From Alphaproteobacteria bacterium (GTDB lineage: Bacteria > Pseudomonadota > Alphaproteobacteria > JAPOUT01 > G958296285): 64,000 nucleotides of DNA. The DNA is taken from contig OZ242373.1 in the NCBI GenBank assembly GCA_965209065.1, positions 320,567 through 384,566 of the forward strand. Reading direction: 5' to 3'. The translations under genes were made by a program, and so were the position numbers. How positions within the stretch are numbered: position 1 is the first letter of the stretch; the number at the start of each line of letters is the position of its first letter. Under the pieces are notes generated by a model. That model was given only the letters and a program-made list of their open reading frames with translations, was not told the origin of the DNA and did not search any database. Below are positions 45,483-55,617 of this stretch, piece by piece.

Positions 45483-47007
45483 AGGGTTTATCGTTAAATA
45501 AAATTTCGTAGTGTAAGTGTTCGCCTGTGCTACGGCCGGTATTTCCCATTAAGCCGACACGTTGTTTAAACTTCACTTTTTGCCCTTTATGCACCGATAT
45601 TTTTTTCAAATGACCATAGCGCGTCTTGACGCCAAAGCCGTGATCTATCTCTACCATTTTGCCATAGCCACGCGCGACACCAGCAAAAGCAACTTTACCG
45701 GGCAAGGTTGCTTGCACGCGGTCGTTCTTGCCGGCAATATCCACGCCCGTGTGAAAAGCCCATTCGCGTGTAAAGGGGTCAATGCGCGGACCGAAAGGAC
45801 TCGTAATATAATAAACCGGCATCGGTTGCGCCAAAGGCAAATAGATAATTGCTCTATCTAGGTTTGTTAAACTTTGGATATGCGCGTGTAATTGATTAAT
45901 TTGCTCGCGCGCTTGCATAGATATTTTATAAGGATTGTTGCCAGTTTGCGGCACGGTGAGTAAGAGGGGGAGTGTTCCTGCCTTATCGGTTTTGTCTGTT
46001 GCGCGTGTGCGTGTTGCTTGCGTGCGTGGGGCAGCGATGGTTACAAAAGGACCTCCTATAGGTGCGTTTTCTTGTTCGGGGATAGAGCCGCTAAACTGGT
46101 TAAACTTATTCGTGTTTTGCCGTGCGCGTGCCACACGCTCGCGTGCCACACGTTCGGCAAACAAATCAGCTTTCACAGCTTCGGTTTGGGCGAAAGCTCG
46201 GTGGTAGCCTTTTAGGCGCACCGCGATTGTCTCTTCAATATGGTCTAAGATGGCTCTTTGTTCTCTGTCTAGAGCAACAACCTGGCGCACAATTTTATCG
46301 ATAGGCTTGTTGCCGGTCATTATCTTATTGACATTGGCATCTTGGTGGAAGGGGAGCTTAATCGCAGGAAAGTGCTGGTAGCTAGGACCCGCAGGACGAG
46401 AGCTCAATATAACATCATCATGAGAACGCAACGGCTTCATGCTTCCTTGCTTGCGACTTTTATTTTCTTTTGCTTTTATTTTTTTTTCGATGCGGTTGCG
46501 CCTTTTTACTTTCTTACCTATATGCTTCTGCATACCAATTAAATTGGTTAAGTGATTATGTCGTTTAATGAGCTCGTCCGATATTTTAGAAAACTCTTTC
46601 TCCGTGAGAAATATCCTCAAGTTTAGCTCTTCATATTCTTTTTGCAGATTGCTTATTTTGGTTTCATAAGCATTATGGGTTTCAGCTAAGCGCTCTTGCA
46701 TAATTTTGTTGGAGCTCTTGCCGAGCAACACGCCGCTCGTAGAGTAAGCGAGCCAGAAGACAAGCCCCAAACCGACAAGGGCAAGTTGAATTTGCATACC
46801 CTTCTCAAACACGATGCGCTTGGTGCCGCTTGCGTTGCGGATAAACAGCTCGCGGCGCACAAAGACTTTACGCCAAACGCCAATCATAGAGGAGAAGAGA
46901 CCAAGTAGCCTAGAAAATAGACCCTGTTTCGAATGTTTTGCTTTCTGGGCGATAGCGATATCTCCCTCTGCTAGGTGAGGTTTGCCAAAGATGAGTTCTA
47001 GACTCAT
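45427..47007 (-). CDS. membrane-anchored M23 (LytM-type) peptidoglycan metalloendopeptidase with a coiled-coil region
   Basis: The C-terminal domain has HTGVDIAG...GNTGRSTGEHLHYEI (HxxxD / HxH motifs). It has an N-terminal TM segment and sits upstream of and overlapping the bactofilin gene. Confidence 0.8.
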   Translation of the reverse strand: MSLELIFGKPHLAEGDIAIAQKAKHSKQGLFSRLLGLFSSMIGVWRKVFVRRELFIRNASGTKRIVFEKGMQIQLALVGLGLVFWLAYSTSGVLLGKSSNKIMQERLAETHNAYETKISNLQKEYEELNLRIFLTEKEFSKISDELIKRHNHLTNLIGMQKHIGKKVKRRNRIEKKIKAKENKSRKQGSMKPLRSHDDVILSSRPAGPSYQHFPAIKLPFHQDANVNKIMTGNKPIDKIVRQVVALDREQRAILDHIEETIAVRLKGYHRAFAQTEAVKADLFAERVARERVARARQNTNKFNQFSGSIPEQENAPIGGPFVTIAAPRTQATRTRATDKTDKAGTLPLLLTVPQTGNNPYKISMQAREQINQLHAHIQSLTNLDRAIIYLPLAQPMPVYYITSPFGPRIDPFTREWAFHTGVDIAGKNDRVQATLPGKVAFAGVARGYGKMVEIDHGFGVKTRYGHLKKISVHKGQKVKFKQRVGLMGNTGRSTGEHLHYEILFNDKPYDPWKFIEAGKNVFEASQ

Positions 47008-47119
47008 ATTACCCCCTATTGGTTTATATTTGGTATATAAAATAAAATGACCCCATCATCTACTCGATGCCATTTGCTTACATCATTTGGACTCAAGTAA
47101 ACTATAGGGATTCTATAAT

Positions 47120-48145
47120 ATGGAGAAGATGCCTGAAAAAATTATAAAAATCAAGCCTTTTTTAGCTCGCTGGAGGCTTTTTGCCCTGAAAGCTGGGAAG
47201 GCGGGGCGAGCGGGGATAGCTAGTGTCCTTATCGGGAGTGTGCTTTTGGTGGGAAAGCCCGCTCACAGCGATAAAACCCCTTCACCGCCGCCATTGGTAG
47301 AGGGGGAGAATCTGCAGAAAGAGCATGAGAGATTCGTTATTACAAAAAGGGGGGACCATATCGTGATTAAGACGCAAGTGAATGAGATTGATTTGCGTCC
47401 TGTGCTGAGCGCTCTTTTTCAAGGCGCGAGAGAGGAGGGCAAGGCGCGCGAAGCACCGCAAGCACCGGCGCCAAAAAAGCCAGAGGAAACACAAGAGGCG
47501 GAGCAGGGGAAATTACGAATTTTAGATGTGGATATTGATATTAAAAAAATGCTTCTGCTGCATGATGTGACGATTGAAAATGGTAAAAGTTTTTTTGTCT
47601 ATCAAGATAATCGAGGTGGCGATGATGACGCAAACCTGCTGTCGTTCGTTGATGACTTGTCGGGTAGAACGCAAAAAAAAATATTGTTTGGAATGCAGAA
47701 TTTAGATTTTAACGGAGCGCTCAACAACCGAGGCTACTTAACGCCTATTCGTATAAGAATAGCGCCACTGAATGAAAAAACAAAAAGTATTCTTGTCCGC
47801 TCTAGTGATGCAAATGGAATGATGAAAGTGATTGGCTTCACGCAATTTGAGGGCGAGCAGTATGTTCTGTCGGCACAATGGACGCAAGGTGAGACAAAAG
47901 AAAAATGGTCGGTTGAGGGCTGGATAGAGCTTAAAGATTTTTATGTTAATCAACCACCTCTAACGGTGCGTTTCATTGGTGCTTTCTTTTCCTTCAGTGG
48001 TTTTTTCAGTGCGCTAACGGGAGAAAAAGTTTTTTTTAGAAAAATGAAATTCTTTTTTAACGCAACCAATGAGAAAGCGAATATTGAATGCAGAATCTTT
48101 TTTGGTGATACGAATTCTGTATCTTGTGGGAGCTTTGACTTATAA
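47120..48145 (+). CDS. hypothetical secreted protein
   Basis: 341 aa with a signal-like N-terminus and no recognisable motifs. It is divergent from the M23 gene and carries an A9 tract at 47673-47681. Confidence 0.5.
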   Translation: MEKMPEKIIKIKPFLARWRLFALKAGKAGRAGIASVLIGSVLLVGKPAHSDKTPSPPPLVEGENLQKEHERFVITKRGDHIVIKTQVNEIDLRPVLSALFQGAREEGKAREAPQAPAPKKPEETQEAEQGKLRILDVDIDIKKMLLLHDVTIENGKSFFVYQDNRGGDDDANLLSFVDDLSGRTQKKILFGMQNLDFNGALNNRGYLTPIRIRIAPLNEKTKSILVRSSDANGMMKVIGFTQFEGEQYVLSAQWTQGETKEKWSVEGWIELKDFYVNQPPLTVRFIGAFFSFSGFFSALTGEKVFFRKMKFFFNATNEKANIECRIFFGDTNSVSCGSFDL

Positions 48146-48153
48146 AGGCTTTA

Positions 48154-49410
48154 TTATTTTATTTTAAGTAAGGCAACGTTTTTCTTACCAAGCGCTAGTT
48201 TGATAACACCCCGGTTTATATCTTTTTGAGTTAAGATGGTTTTTTCATCTTCAACCAACACATCATTGACTTTAACCGCCCGCCCGCGCACTTGTCGGCG
48301 CGCTTCACTATTAGAGGCAGCCAGTCGGGTTAGCACGAAAGCCTCTAGTAAGCCGATGCCTTTTTTGAGTTGCGCCGCTTCAAGTTGCCAGCTTGGAATG
48401 TTTTCATCAATCGCGCCTTCCTCAAAAGTTTTGCTTGCCGCTGTGCTTGCCTCGGCGGCGGCGGCTTGACCATGGGCGAGCGCGGTTGCTTCGTTGGCTA
48501 ATACTTTTTTTGCTTCGTTGATTTCTTCGCCTTCTAATGCTTCTAACCGCTTAATTTCGCCTAAAGACAGGTCTGTGAAGATGCGCAAGAATTTAGCCAC
48601 GTCACCATCTTTGGTGTTGCGCCAGAACTGCCAGTAATGATAGGGCGACAAACTATAATCAGGTTGTGTTGCGTCATCATTGAGCCAAACTGCGCCGTCC
48701 GCGGTTTTACCCATTTTGCTTCCGTCTTGCGTGGTGATGAGCGGCATGGTCAGCGCGAATGTTTCGCCTAGCCCAGCGCGCCGCGCGAGCTCTATGCCGT
48801 TGATGATATTGCCCCACTGATCACTGCCGCCCATCTGCAGGCGGCAATTATATTCTTGCGCGAGATGTAAAAAGTCAAAGGCTTGAACCACCATATAGTT
48901 GAACTCAATGAAAGATAGAGGCTGCTCGCGCTCTAGCCTCAGCTGCACCGAATCCATCGTCAGCATTCGATTGACCGAGAAATGTTTGCCGATGTCGCGT
49001 AAGAACTCAATATAGTTTAAGTCTTTCAGCCAGTCGTAATTATTGACGATGATTGTTTGCTTCAAGTCCAAAAATTTGCCAAACACGCGTGTGATAGATT
49101 GGATATTTTCCTCGATTTTATTTTCGTCAAGGATTTCGCGTTTATCGGTTTTGCCTGAGGGGTCGCCGATACGCGTTGTGCCGCCGCCGATAACCACAAT
49201 CGGCTCATAGCCTGCCTGCTGAAAACGCCGAAGCGTCATAATAGGCAGCAAGTTGCCGATGTGAAGGCTCGGGGCGGTGCAATCAAACCCGATATAAGCT
49301 CGCGGTTTTTGCGCCGAAAGATAGGCTTCCAGCCCCGCAGCATTAGAGCACTGCTCGATGAGACCGCGCTCATCAAGGGTCTGTAGAAATGGGTTCTTAA
49401 ATTTCGTCAT
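48154..49410 (-). CDS. tyrS: tyrosine--tRNA ligase
   Basis: HIGN (HIGH-type) at GFDCTAPSLHIGN, KMGKT (KMSKS), and a C-terminal S4 domain. Start taken at MTKFKNPFL. Confidence 0.9.
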   Translation of the reverse strand: MTKFKNPFLQTLDERGLIEQCSNAAGLEAYLSAQKPRAYIGFDCTAPSLHIGNLLPIMTLRRFQQAGYEPIVVIGGGTTRIGDPSGKTDKREILDENKIEENIQSITRVFGKFLDLKQTIIVNNYDWLKDLNYIEFLRDIGKHFSVNRMLTMDSVQLRLEREQPLSFIEFNYMVVQAFDFLHLAQEYNCRLQMGGSDQWGNIINGIELARRAGLGETFALTMPLITTQDGSKMGKTADGAVWLNDDATQPDYSLSPYHYWQFWRNTKDGDVAKFLRIFTDLSLGEIKRLEALEGEEINEAKKVLANEATALAHGQAAAAEASTAASKTFEEGAIDENIPSWQLEAAQLKKGIGLLEAFVLTRLAASNSEARRQVRGRAVKVNDVLVEDEKTILTQKDINRGVIKLALGKKNVALLKIK

Positions 49411-49440
49411 AAGAGATATAAGCATATATTATATTAAGCG

Positions 49441-50385
49441 ATGAATAAAACCATACATATTGCGCCGATGATGGGCTGGACGGATAGGCACGGCTTATAC
49501 TTGATGAGGCTTCTGTCGTCTCGGCTTGGCTTGTGGAGCGAGATGAAGGTTGCCGATGCGGTGCTTTACGGCAAGGCGGAGGTTATCTTGGCGGAGGCTG
49601 CGCCTGATATTACGTTGCAGCTCGGCGGTTGCGAGGCGGGTGCGCTTGCGCGCGCGGCGCGCAAGGGAGAGGCGGCTGGTTTTGGTGCTATCAATTTGAA
49701 TATGGGTTGTCCTTCGTGTCGTGTTGGCGCGGGCGGCTTCGGTGCGAAAATGATGTTGGATATTGATAATGCCGCGCGTTGTCTTGCTGCGATGAAAGAG
49801 GCGGTGGCGATTCCGCTGAGCGTTAAGTGTCGTCTCGCGGTTGATGAGCAAGAGGCGAGTGAAGTTTTACCGCGCTTGTTAGAAAAGCTTTCTGCTGAGG
49901 GCGTGAGCGATTTTGTTATTCACGCGCGCAAGGCTTGGCTGAAAGGTTTGTCGCCGCGACAAAACCGCACCTTGCCGCCGCTAGAGTATGGGCTTGTGTA
50001 TAAAATGAAAGAGGATTACCCGCACTTGAATATCATTATCAACGGAGGCATCACGGAGCTGGAGCAAGTGCCAGCGCATTTACAAAAAACCGATGGCGTG
50101 ATGATTGGCAGGGCGGCTTTCGCCAATCCTTTTATGCTGACCGCGCTAAACGACAACCCGCCGAGTCGCCAAGCGGTGTTAGAGCAATGGACGCACTATG
50201 CGTTACGTCAGGGGTTAAAGCCGAGCCACTTAACGCATTATGTTTCGGGCTTGTGGCGCGCGCAACGCGGGGCTGCTTATTTTCGCCGAAAGCTCAATGG
50301 GCTTAAAGAGCTCACCGAGCAAAGCGCGCAAGAGCTATTAGACTTCACGCGCACAGGCTACCAGCAGTATGAACACACTGCTTGA
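49441..50385 (+). CDS. dusA: tRNA-dihydrouridine synthase (DusA-like)
   Basis: IAPMMGWTD...NLNMGCP is the Dus TIM-barrel signature. 314 aa. Confidence 0.85.
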   Translation: MNKTIHIAPMMGWTDRHGLYLMRLLSSRLGLWSEMKVADAVLYGKAEVILAEAAPDITLQLGGCEAGALARAARKGEAAGFGAINLNMGCPSCRVGAGGFGAKMMLDIDNAARCLAAMKEAVAIPLSVKCRLAVDEQEASEVLPRLLEKLSAEGVSDFVIHARKAWLKGLSPRQNRTLPPLEYGLVYKMKEDYPHLNIIINGGITELEQVPAHLQKTDGVMIGRAAFANPFMLTALNDNPPSRQAVLEQWTHYALRQGLKPSHLTHYVSGLWRAQRGAAYFRRKLNGLKELTEQSAQELLDFTRTGYQQYEHTA

Positions 50386-51250
50386 ACTTTTGGCTGAACC
50401 ATTGCTTATTGAGCTTTTGCTTTTGGTTGCGGCGACCGGTGCGCTTGCGGGATTCTTGTCGGGTGTGTTGGGTGTTGGCGGGGGCGTGGTTATTGTTCCG
50501 GTGCTTTATTATATTTTTATCAGCTTGGGGTTTTCTATCGATGTTTCTTTACACACCGCACTCGGCACTTCTTTAGCGACAATTATTATAACGCAAGGGC
50601 GTTCGGCTTTATCGCACCGCGCGCGTGGTTCGTTCAATGGGCAAGTGTTGCGTATGTGGGCGGTGCCGCTAACGCTCGGTGCTTTGAGCGGCGGTATGAT
50701 AGCGGGATTTGTTTCGGGTAAGACGCTTGCATTCATTTTTGCGAGCGGCATTTCTTTGGTCGCGCTCGTTATGATTTATCGCGCGCGGCTTGACTCTTCT
50801 GCGCGCGCTCTTGAGACAAGAGGCTTTGCGCTTGCTTCGCCGATGCGCTACCCGACAGCGTTTTTGTCGGGGCTTTTCTCGGCGATAACCGGCATCGGCG
50901 GAGGGACTTTTAACGTTTCCGCTTTAACCTTAATGTTTCGCCTCAACATTCGCGAAAGCATTGGGACATCATCGGCACTTGGCGTTTTGATTGGGGTTTG
51001 CGGCACATTTATGTTTATCTTGGGGGGTATGTTTATTTTAGGCGGGATAGAAAAGCAAAACCTCATTCCCTATTCTTTGGGTTATATTCACTTGCCTTCT
51101 GCGGTTTTGGTGGTTTTGTTTTCTATTTTGACCGCGCCTTTGGGCGTTGCTTTTTCGCACAAGATAGAGCAACGCCAGCTACAAATTTTCTTTGCTTTAA
51201 TGCTCTTGGCGGCGGCGGTTAAAATGTTTTATGAGGGGTGGCAGGCGTGA
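50369..51250 (+). CDS. TauE/SafE (DUF81) family anion exporter
   Basis: Two homologous halves, each with a GxGGG motif (VLGVGGGVVIVP; ITGIGGGTF). Confidence 0.75.
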   Translation: MNTLLELLAEPLLIELLLLVAATGALAGFLSGVLGVGGGVVIVPVLYYIFISLGFSIDVSLHTALGTSLATIIITQGRSALSHRARGSFNGQVLRMWAVPLTLGALSGGMIAGFVSGKTLAFIFASGISLVALVMIYRARLDSSARALETRGFALASPMRYPTAFLSGLFSAITGIGGGTFNVSALTLMFRLNIRESIGTSSALGVLIGVCGTFMFILGGMFILGGIEKQNLIPYSLGYIHLPSAVLVVLFSILTAPLGVAFSHKIEQRQLQIFFALMLLAAAVKMFYEGWQA

Positions 51251-51260
51251 TAAATATAAT

Positions 51261-52688
51261 TTATATTTTTTGGTCGTAAGCGCCTACTTCTTCCATTGTG
51301 CTTAATGTTTTGTTGAGCTCATCAAACAGGGCTTTCATATCCGCCGCCGAGCGCGTGCTTTCAACCACCACGACAAGGCTAGGCACATTAGAAGAAGCGC
51401 GCACCAAAAGCCAACTGCCATCGTCCAACGTAAGCCGCAAGCCATTCACGCAAAGACGCTCGGTTATTTTTCTGCCCAAAATGTTGTCGCGCTCTTTGTA
51501 GTGAGCAATCACTTTCTCCACCGCCGCATATTTTTTTTCGTCCGCACAAGTCGGCGCCATTGTCGGAGAAATAAAACTTTGCGGCAAGGTGCTATAAATT
51601 TTGCTTAAAGCGCGCCCGCTCTTTGCGACCAAAGCGCAAACCAAAAGCCCCGACAGCAAGCCGTCATCATAACCCCTGCCAACAGGAGGCGCGAAAAAGA
51701 AATGCCCGCTTTTTTCAAAACCGGCAAGCGCACCGCTTTCATTCAGCTTGCGCTTCATATAGGAATGTCCGGTCTTCCAGTAAAAAGTCGAAGCCTCGTT
51801 TTGCTTGAGCTCAGGGTCGGTGGCGAACAGCCCGGTCGATTTCACATCAGCAATAAACTGACTCTTCTTATTCTCCGCCGATAAATGCCGCGCAACAAGC
51901 ACGCCCATCTTGTCAGCAGAAATAACCTCGCCCGTGTTATCAACGAAACCGCAGCGGTCGCCATCGCCATCAAAAGCCAGCCCGATATCCGCCTTATGCT
52001 CGCGCACGTGGGCGGCAAGCTCGTTCATCATTTTCATATTCTCAGGGTTGGGCGTGTAGTGCGGGAAGCTCCAGTCGAGCTCGCAGTGGAGCGGAATCAC
52101 CTCACAGCCCGCGCCCTCGAATACACGCGGCGCAAACTTGCCCGCCGTTCCATTGCCGCAAGCCAAAACCACACGCAACCCTCTAGCTAGGGAAACAGAG
52201 GCAATCAAATCCTCAATATATTTTTCTTGAATAGAATCTATTGTTTCAAGCGAACCGCCAGATAAAGGCTTGGCTTCGCCATTAAGCGCAATCTGTTTGA
52301 GCCGCGCCATCTCTTGAGGACCGAAAGTCATCGGCGCGACACAGCCCATTTTCACGCCGGTCCAGCCGTTTTCATTATGGCTTGCGGTCACCATTGCCAC
52401 GGCGGGAATGCCCAAAATGCTCTGCGCGAAATAGGCAGTAGGCGAAAGACATAATCCAATATCGATGACGCTCTGCCCGCTTTCTACCAGCCCGTCGGTC
52501 ATCGCCTGCTTCACGGCTTGAGAATAGGAGCGGTAATCATTGCCGACAATAATCTTGCCGCTCGTGCCGCGCTCGTTGAGGTAAGTGCCCAAAGCCAACC
52601 CAAGCCGATGCATACCCTCATCATCTATCTGTTGAGGATAGAGCCACCGCGCGTCATACTCGCGAAAGCCGCTCGGTTCTAATTTCAT
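51261..52688 (-). CDS. phosphomannomutase/phosphoglucomutase (alpha-D-phosphohexomutase)
   Basis: Active-site loop TASHNENGW(TG), the metal-binding loop DGDGDR, and the sugar-binding loop. Confidence 0.8.
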   Translation of the reverse strand: MKLEPSGFREYDARWLYPQQIDDEGMHRLGLALGTYLNERGTSGKIIVGNDYRSYSQAVKQAMTDGLVESGQSVIDIGLCLSPTAYFAQSILGIPAVAMVTASHNENGWTGVKMGCVAPMTFGPQEMARLKQIALNGEAKPLSGGSLETIDSIQEKYIEDLIASVSLARGLRVVLACGNGTAGKFAPRVFEGAGCEVIPLHCELDWSFPHYTPNPENMKMMNELAAHVREHKADIGLAFDGDGDRCGFVDNTGEVISADKMGVLVARHLSAENKKSQFIADVKSTGLFATDPELKQNEASTFYWKTGHSYMKRKLNESGALAGFEKSGHFFFAPPVGRGYDDGLLSGLLVCALVAKSGRALSKIYSTLPQSFISPTMAPTCADEKKYAAVEKVIAHYKERDNILGRKITERLCVNGLRLTLDDGSWLLVRASSNVPSLVVVVESTRSAADMKALFDELNKTLSTMEEVGAYDQKI

Positions 52689-52707
52689 TTCTGCTCCTGC
52701 TGCTTAT

Positions 52708-53499
52708 ATGGTTTATATTATAAATATGGTCGAGATGGAGAAAAATATATTGAGTCGCTTTGCGAATTTGTCGGTAGAAATGTCTCTGCCGCAGATGAAA
52801 GCGGGCGAGGTTTGGATTGTCGGTGCGGGACCGGGGGAGCTGGGCTTGCTTTCTCTGCACGGGCTGAACGCCTTACAGCAAGCGGATATTGTGCTACACG
52901 ATTCTCTCGTTTCGCCTTCGCTGCTTGCGCTGGCGGGCGATGCGCAGACGGAATATGTCGGCAAGCGCGCGGGTGCGGGACGCTCTGGCGCGAGCAGGAA
53001 GCAGACGGATATTTCTCAGCGGCTGATAGAGTTATCGCGTGCGGGCAAGAAGGTTGTGCGCTTGAAGGGCGGCGACCCCGGCATTTTCGGTCGCAGCGGG
53101 GAGGAGGCGCATGCGCTTGCGGGCGCGGGTGTTTCCTTTCGGGTATTTGCGGGGGTGAGTGCGGCATTAGCGGCGGCGCATGCGGCGGAGGTTTCTCTCA
53201 CGCACCGCGAGCGCAATCATTCGGTGTCGTTTATCACCGGGCACGATGCGGGGCTGATAAACTGGCAGGCTCTGTGCGATGGAGCGAGGACGCTGGTTAT
53301 CTATATGCCTCAAGATTACGCGGCGATACAGGCGCGGTTGTTGGGCGCGGGTCGTGCGCCGAGCGAGTCTATTGTTATTGTGAGCCATGCGGGTTTAGCA
53401 CCGAAAGAGGCAATTATCAAAACGACTCTTAGCGAGCTAGACAAGAATGTTGCGGAGCCTCCGTCTATTATTATAGTCGGCGCGAAAGGCTGGGAATAG
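52708..53499 (+). CDS. cobA: uroporphyrinogen-III C-methyltransferase (SUMT)
   Basis: VWIVGAGPGE, VVRLKGGDPGIFGR and ITGHDA motifs. The real start is probably an internal Met. Confidence 0.8.
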   Translation: MVYIINMVEMEKNILSRFANLSVEMSLPQMKAGEVWIVGAGPGELGLLSLHGLNALQQADIVLHDSLVSPSLLALAGDAQTEYVGKRAGAGRSGASRKQTDISQRLIELSRAGKKVVRLKGGDPGIFGRSGEEAHALAGAGVSFRVFAGVSAALAAAHAAEVSLTHRERNHSVSFITGHDAGLINWQALCDGARTLVIYMPQDYAAIQARLLGAGRAPSESIVIVSHAGLAPKEAIIKTTLSELDKNVAEPPSIIIVGAKGWE

Positions 53500-53876
53500 T
53501 TAATAAGGGAATCATATGCGTGACTAGACAAACTAGAAAGATGGCAGTCTTTGCGATGCTTGATATGACTAAATTTTGAGTGGTCCGCCATGATTAAATC
53601 TGATTCGCCTGTAAAACTCTAGCATAACAATCTTACGCTACGATGGGTGAATAAAGGAAATGCCTGAAAAATGGGAATTATATACTTATATACTATACAG
53701 ATAAAAATAGTTTAAAAAATTAAAAGATTATTTACTCAATATGTTAATAAATCAATATGGTAATAAATTTTCTAGTAGGTATAATTTTTGTTAGTATGAT
53801 AAATTAAAGGTCAGCTTATAGAAATTTTCTTTACCGAGGAAGATTAAATAAAAAACTAATTAAAGGATTAAATTCA

Positions 53877-54752
53877 ATGGAATACAAGTTAGAATTTTTT
53901 AATAAAAATATTGACGATTCTATAATACATGGAAATGCTCTTGATGTTTTAAAGTCTCTGAACGATCAACTGGTAGATTGTATTATCACTAGCCCCCCAT
54001 ATTATAAGCAAAGGGATTATTTTACAATATCGCAGATAGGGAGCGAACTTACAGAAAAACAATATGTTAATTCGTTAGTTCAAGTTTTTTTAGAAGCAAA
54101 AAGAGTATTAAAAGATACTGGAACTTTTTGGCTAAATTTAGGTGACAAATATGTGGATAATAATCTATTGGGCTTGCCTTGGCGAATAGCTTTAGCTTTG
54201 AAAGAAGTGGGGTGGGTGTTAAGATCTGATATTATATGGCATAAGCCAAACGCAATGCCTTCTTCAGTTAAAAATAGACCCACCATAGACCATGAGTACG
54301 TCTTTTTGTTTGTAAAAACGCAAAAATATTTTTATGATGCTGATGCAATAAGAGAGCCACATATAACTTTTTCTGATAAAAGTAAAATGTCTGGAGGAAG
54401 AAATCATTTTGGAGTACGCAATGGAACTCCAGAAAATGGGAAAAACTCAGGGAATCCAAATCTTCATAACGGTAGATGGGACCAAGCATTCCACCCACTT
54501 GGACGCAATAAGAGAACAGTTTGGAGCGTCCCATTATCAAAATTTCGTGACGCACATTTTGCAGTCTTTCCAGAGAAGCTAATAGAACCATGTATTCTTG
54601 CAGGATGTCCTGTCGATGGGTTAGTATTAGATCCGTTTATGGGATCTGGAACTACAGGTATAGTGGCAATGAAAAATGCTAGAAGGTTTTTAGGAATAGA
54701 TATAAATAAGAAATATTGTAATATGGCTAAGAGAAGACTTATAAACCTCTAA
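53877..54752 (+). CDS. beta-class DNA amino-methyltransferase, SPPY-type (probably N4-cytosine)
   Basis: CIITSPPYY motif IV precedes the DPFMGSGTTG motif I, and AHFAVFPEKL is present. It lies in an AT-rich islet. Confidence 0.85.
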   Translation: MEYKLEFFNKNIDDSIIHGNALDVLKSLNDQLVDCIITSPPYYKQRDYFTISQIGSELTEKQYVNSLVQVFLEAKRVLKDTGTFWLNLGDKYVDNNLLGLPWRIALALKEVGWVLRSDIIWHKPNAMPSSVKNRPTIDHEYVFLFVKTQKYFYDADAIREPHITFSDKSKMSGGRNHFGVRNGTPENGKNSGNPNLHNGRWDQAFHPLGRNKRTVWSVPLSKFRDAHFAVFPEKLIEPCILAGCPVDGLVLDPFMGSGTTGIVAMKNARRFLGIDINKKYCNMAKRRLINL

Positions 54753-55617
54753 ATAAATTGATTTTTTCTACTAGAGCATTGGTTAGTTTTTGTGTCACAT
54801 CAATAATTTGATTTGGGTTCATGTTGATGTATATAAAATCTTTACAGTCGAGATCTGCAAGATTTCCCGTCCACGATTCTGCAATTATAATTGGTAAACA
54901 ATCATGCCCTTCTTCATAAGCAACTCTTATTGCTTTATGAATATCTCTTGTAAAAAGATTAGAATGTCCTCCCCCCATAGTTTCTCTTGTTTTTACAGGA
55001 ACTAAAATAGATTTCGAACCTTTTTTTATTTGAATGTCATAGGTTTCTCCGCTTATGCTTTTTTGTTTTTCACTTACATGTATTGGCAAGTTGTTTTTTT
55101 TAAATAATTCTATTAAGACTCTTCTAACAATTGCTTCAAACAAGTTGCCTTTAATAGCCCTCCTGCTTCCTTCAAGTCTATCTATAACAACTTCTATAAT
55201 TGCATGCCATTCCCAACTTTTTTTATCTGGAAATATGGTTATTAAATTTTTTCTAACTTCATTTATTAAAAATGATTTTTTTTGATATGTATTGCCTTCA
55301 ATAGATGACAAAATAGGTCTAAGCCTTTGTTCTGGGGCATCCCTAAGTATCCATCCACACATAAGCCACTTTGCTTTATCTGATTTGTATGCCCTAGCCA
55401 CTCCATCATATAATTTTATATTATCTGGCATTTGGTGGGCTAAAAATCTTTCTAATACATGCAATGCTTTTGTATCGTCTTTTTCATTTACAAAATCATG
55501 TAAAGATTTATATCCGTTATTATTTAAAAATTTAATTATGTAATAAAAATAATCCTTATTTTTATCAGCGATAATTTTTAATTCTTTTAGACGGATATTT
55601 TCTATAATATACTCCAT
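54739..55617 (-). CDS. putative Type II restriction endonuclease partnered with the adjacent MTase
   Basis: It is convergent with the MTase, overlapping by 14 nt, and shares its low GC. No recognisable family. Possible PD-(D/E)xK-like ...YDIQIK.../...VPVKTRE.... Start at the internal MEYIIEN. Confidence 0.45.
   Translation of the reverse strand: MEYIIENIRLKELKIIADKNKDYFYYIIKFLNNNGYKSLHDFVNEKDDTKALHVLERFLAHQMPDNIKLYDGVARAYKSDKAKWLMCGWILRDAPEQRLRPILSSIEGNTYQKKSFLINEVRKNLITIFPDKKSWEWHAIIEVVIDRLEGSRRAIKGNLFEAIVRRVLIELFKKNNLPIHVSEKQKSISGETYDIQIKKGSKSILVPVKTRETMGGGHSNLFTRDIHKAIRVAYEEGHDCLPIIIAESWTGNLADLDCKDFIYINMNPNQIIDVTQKLTNALVEKINLFRGL

Noticed and set aside
53500-53876. I looked for a controller (C-protein) ORF or small regulatory gene in the AT-rich leader of the R-M islet.
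   Set aside because: Only trivial ORFs of fewer than 15 codons are present. There is no helix-turn-helix-sized frame.
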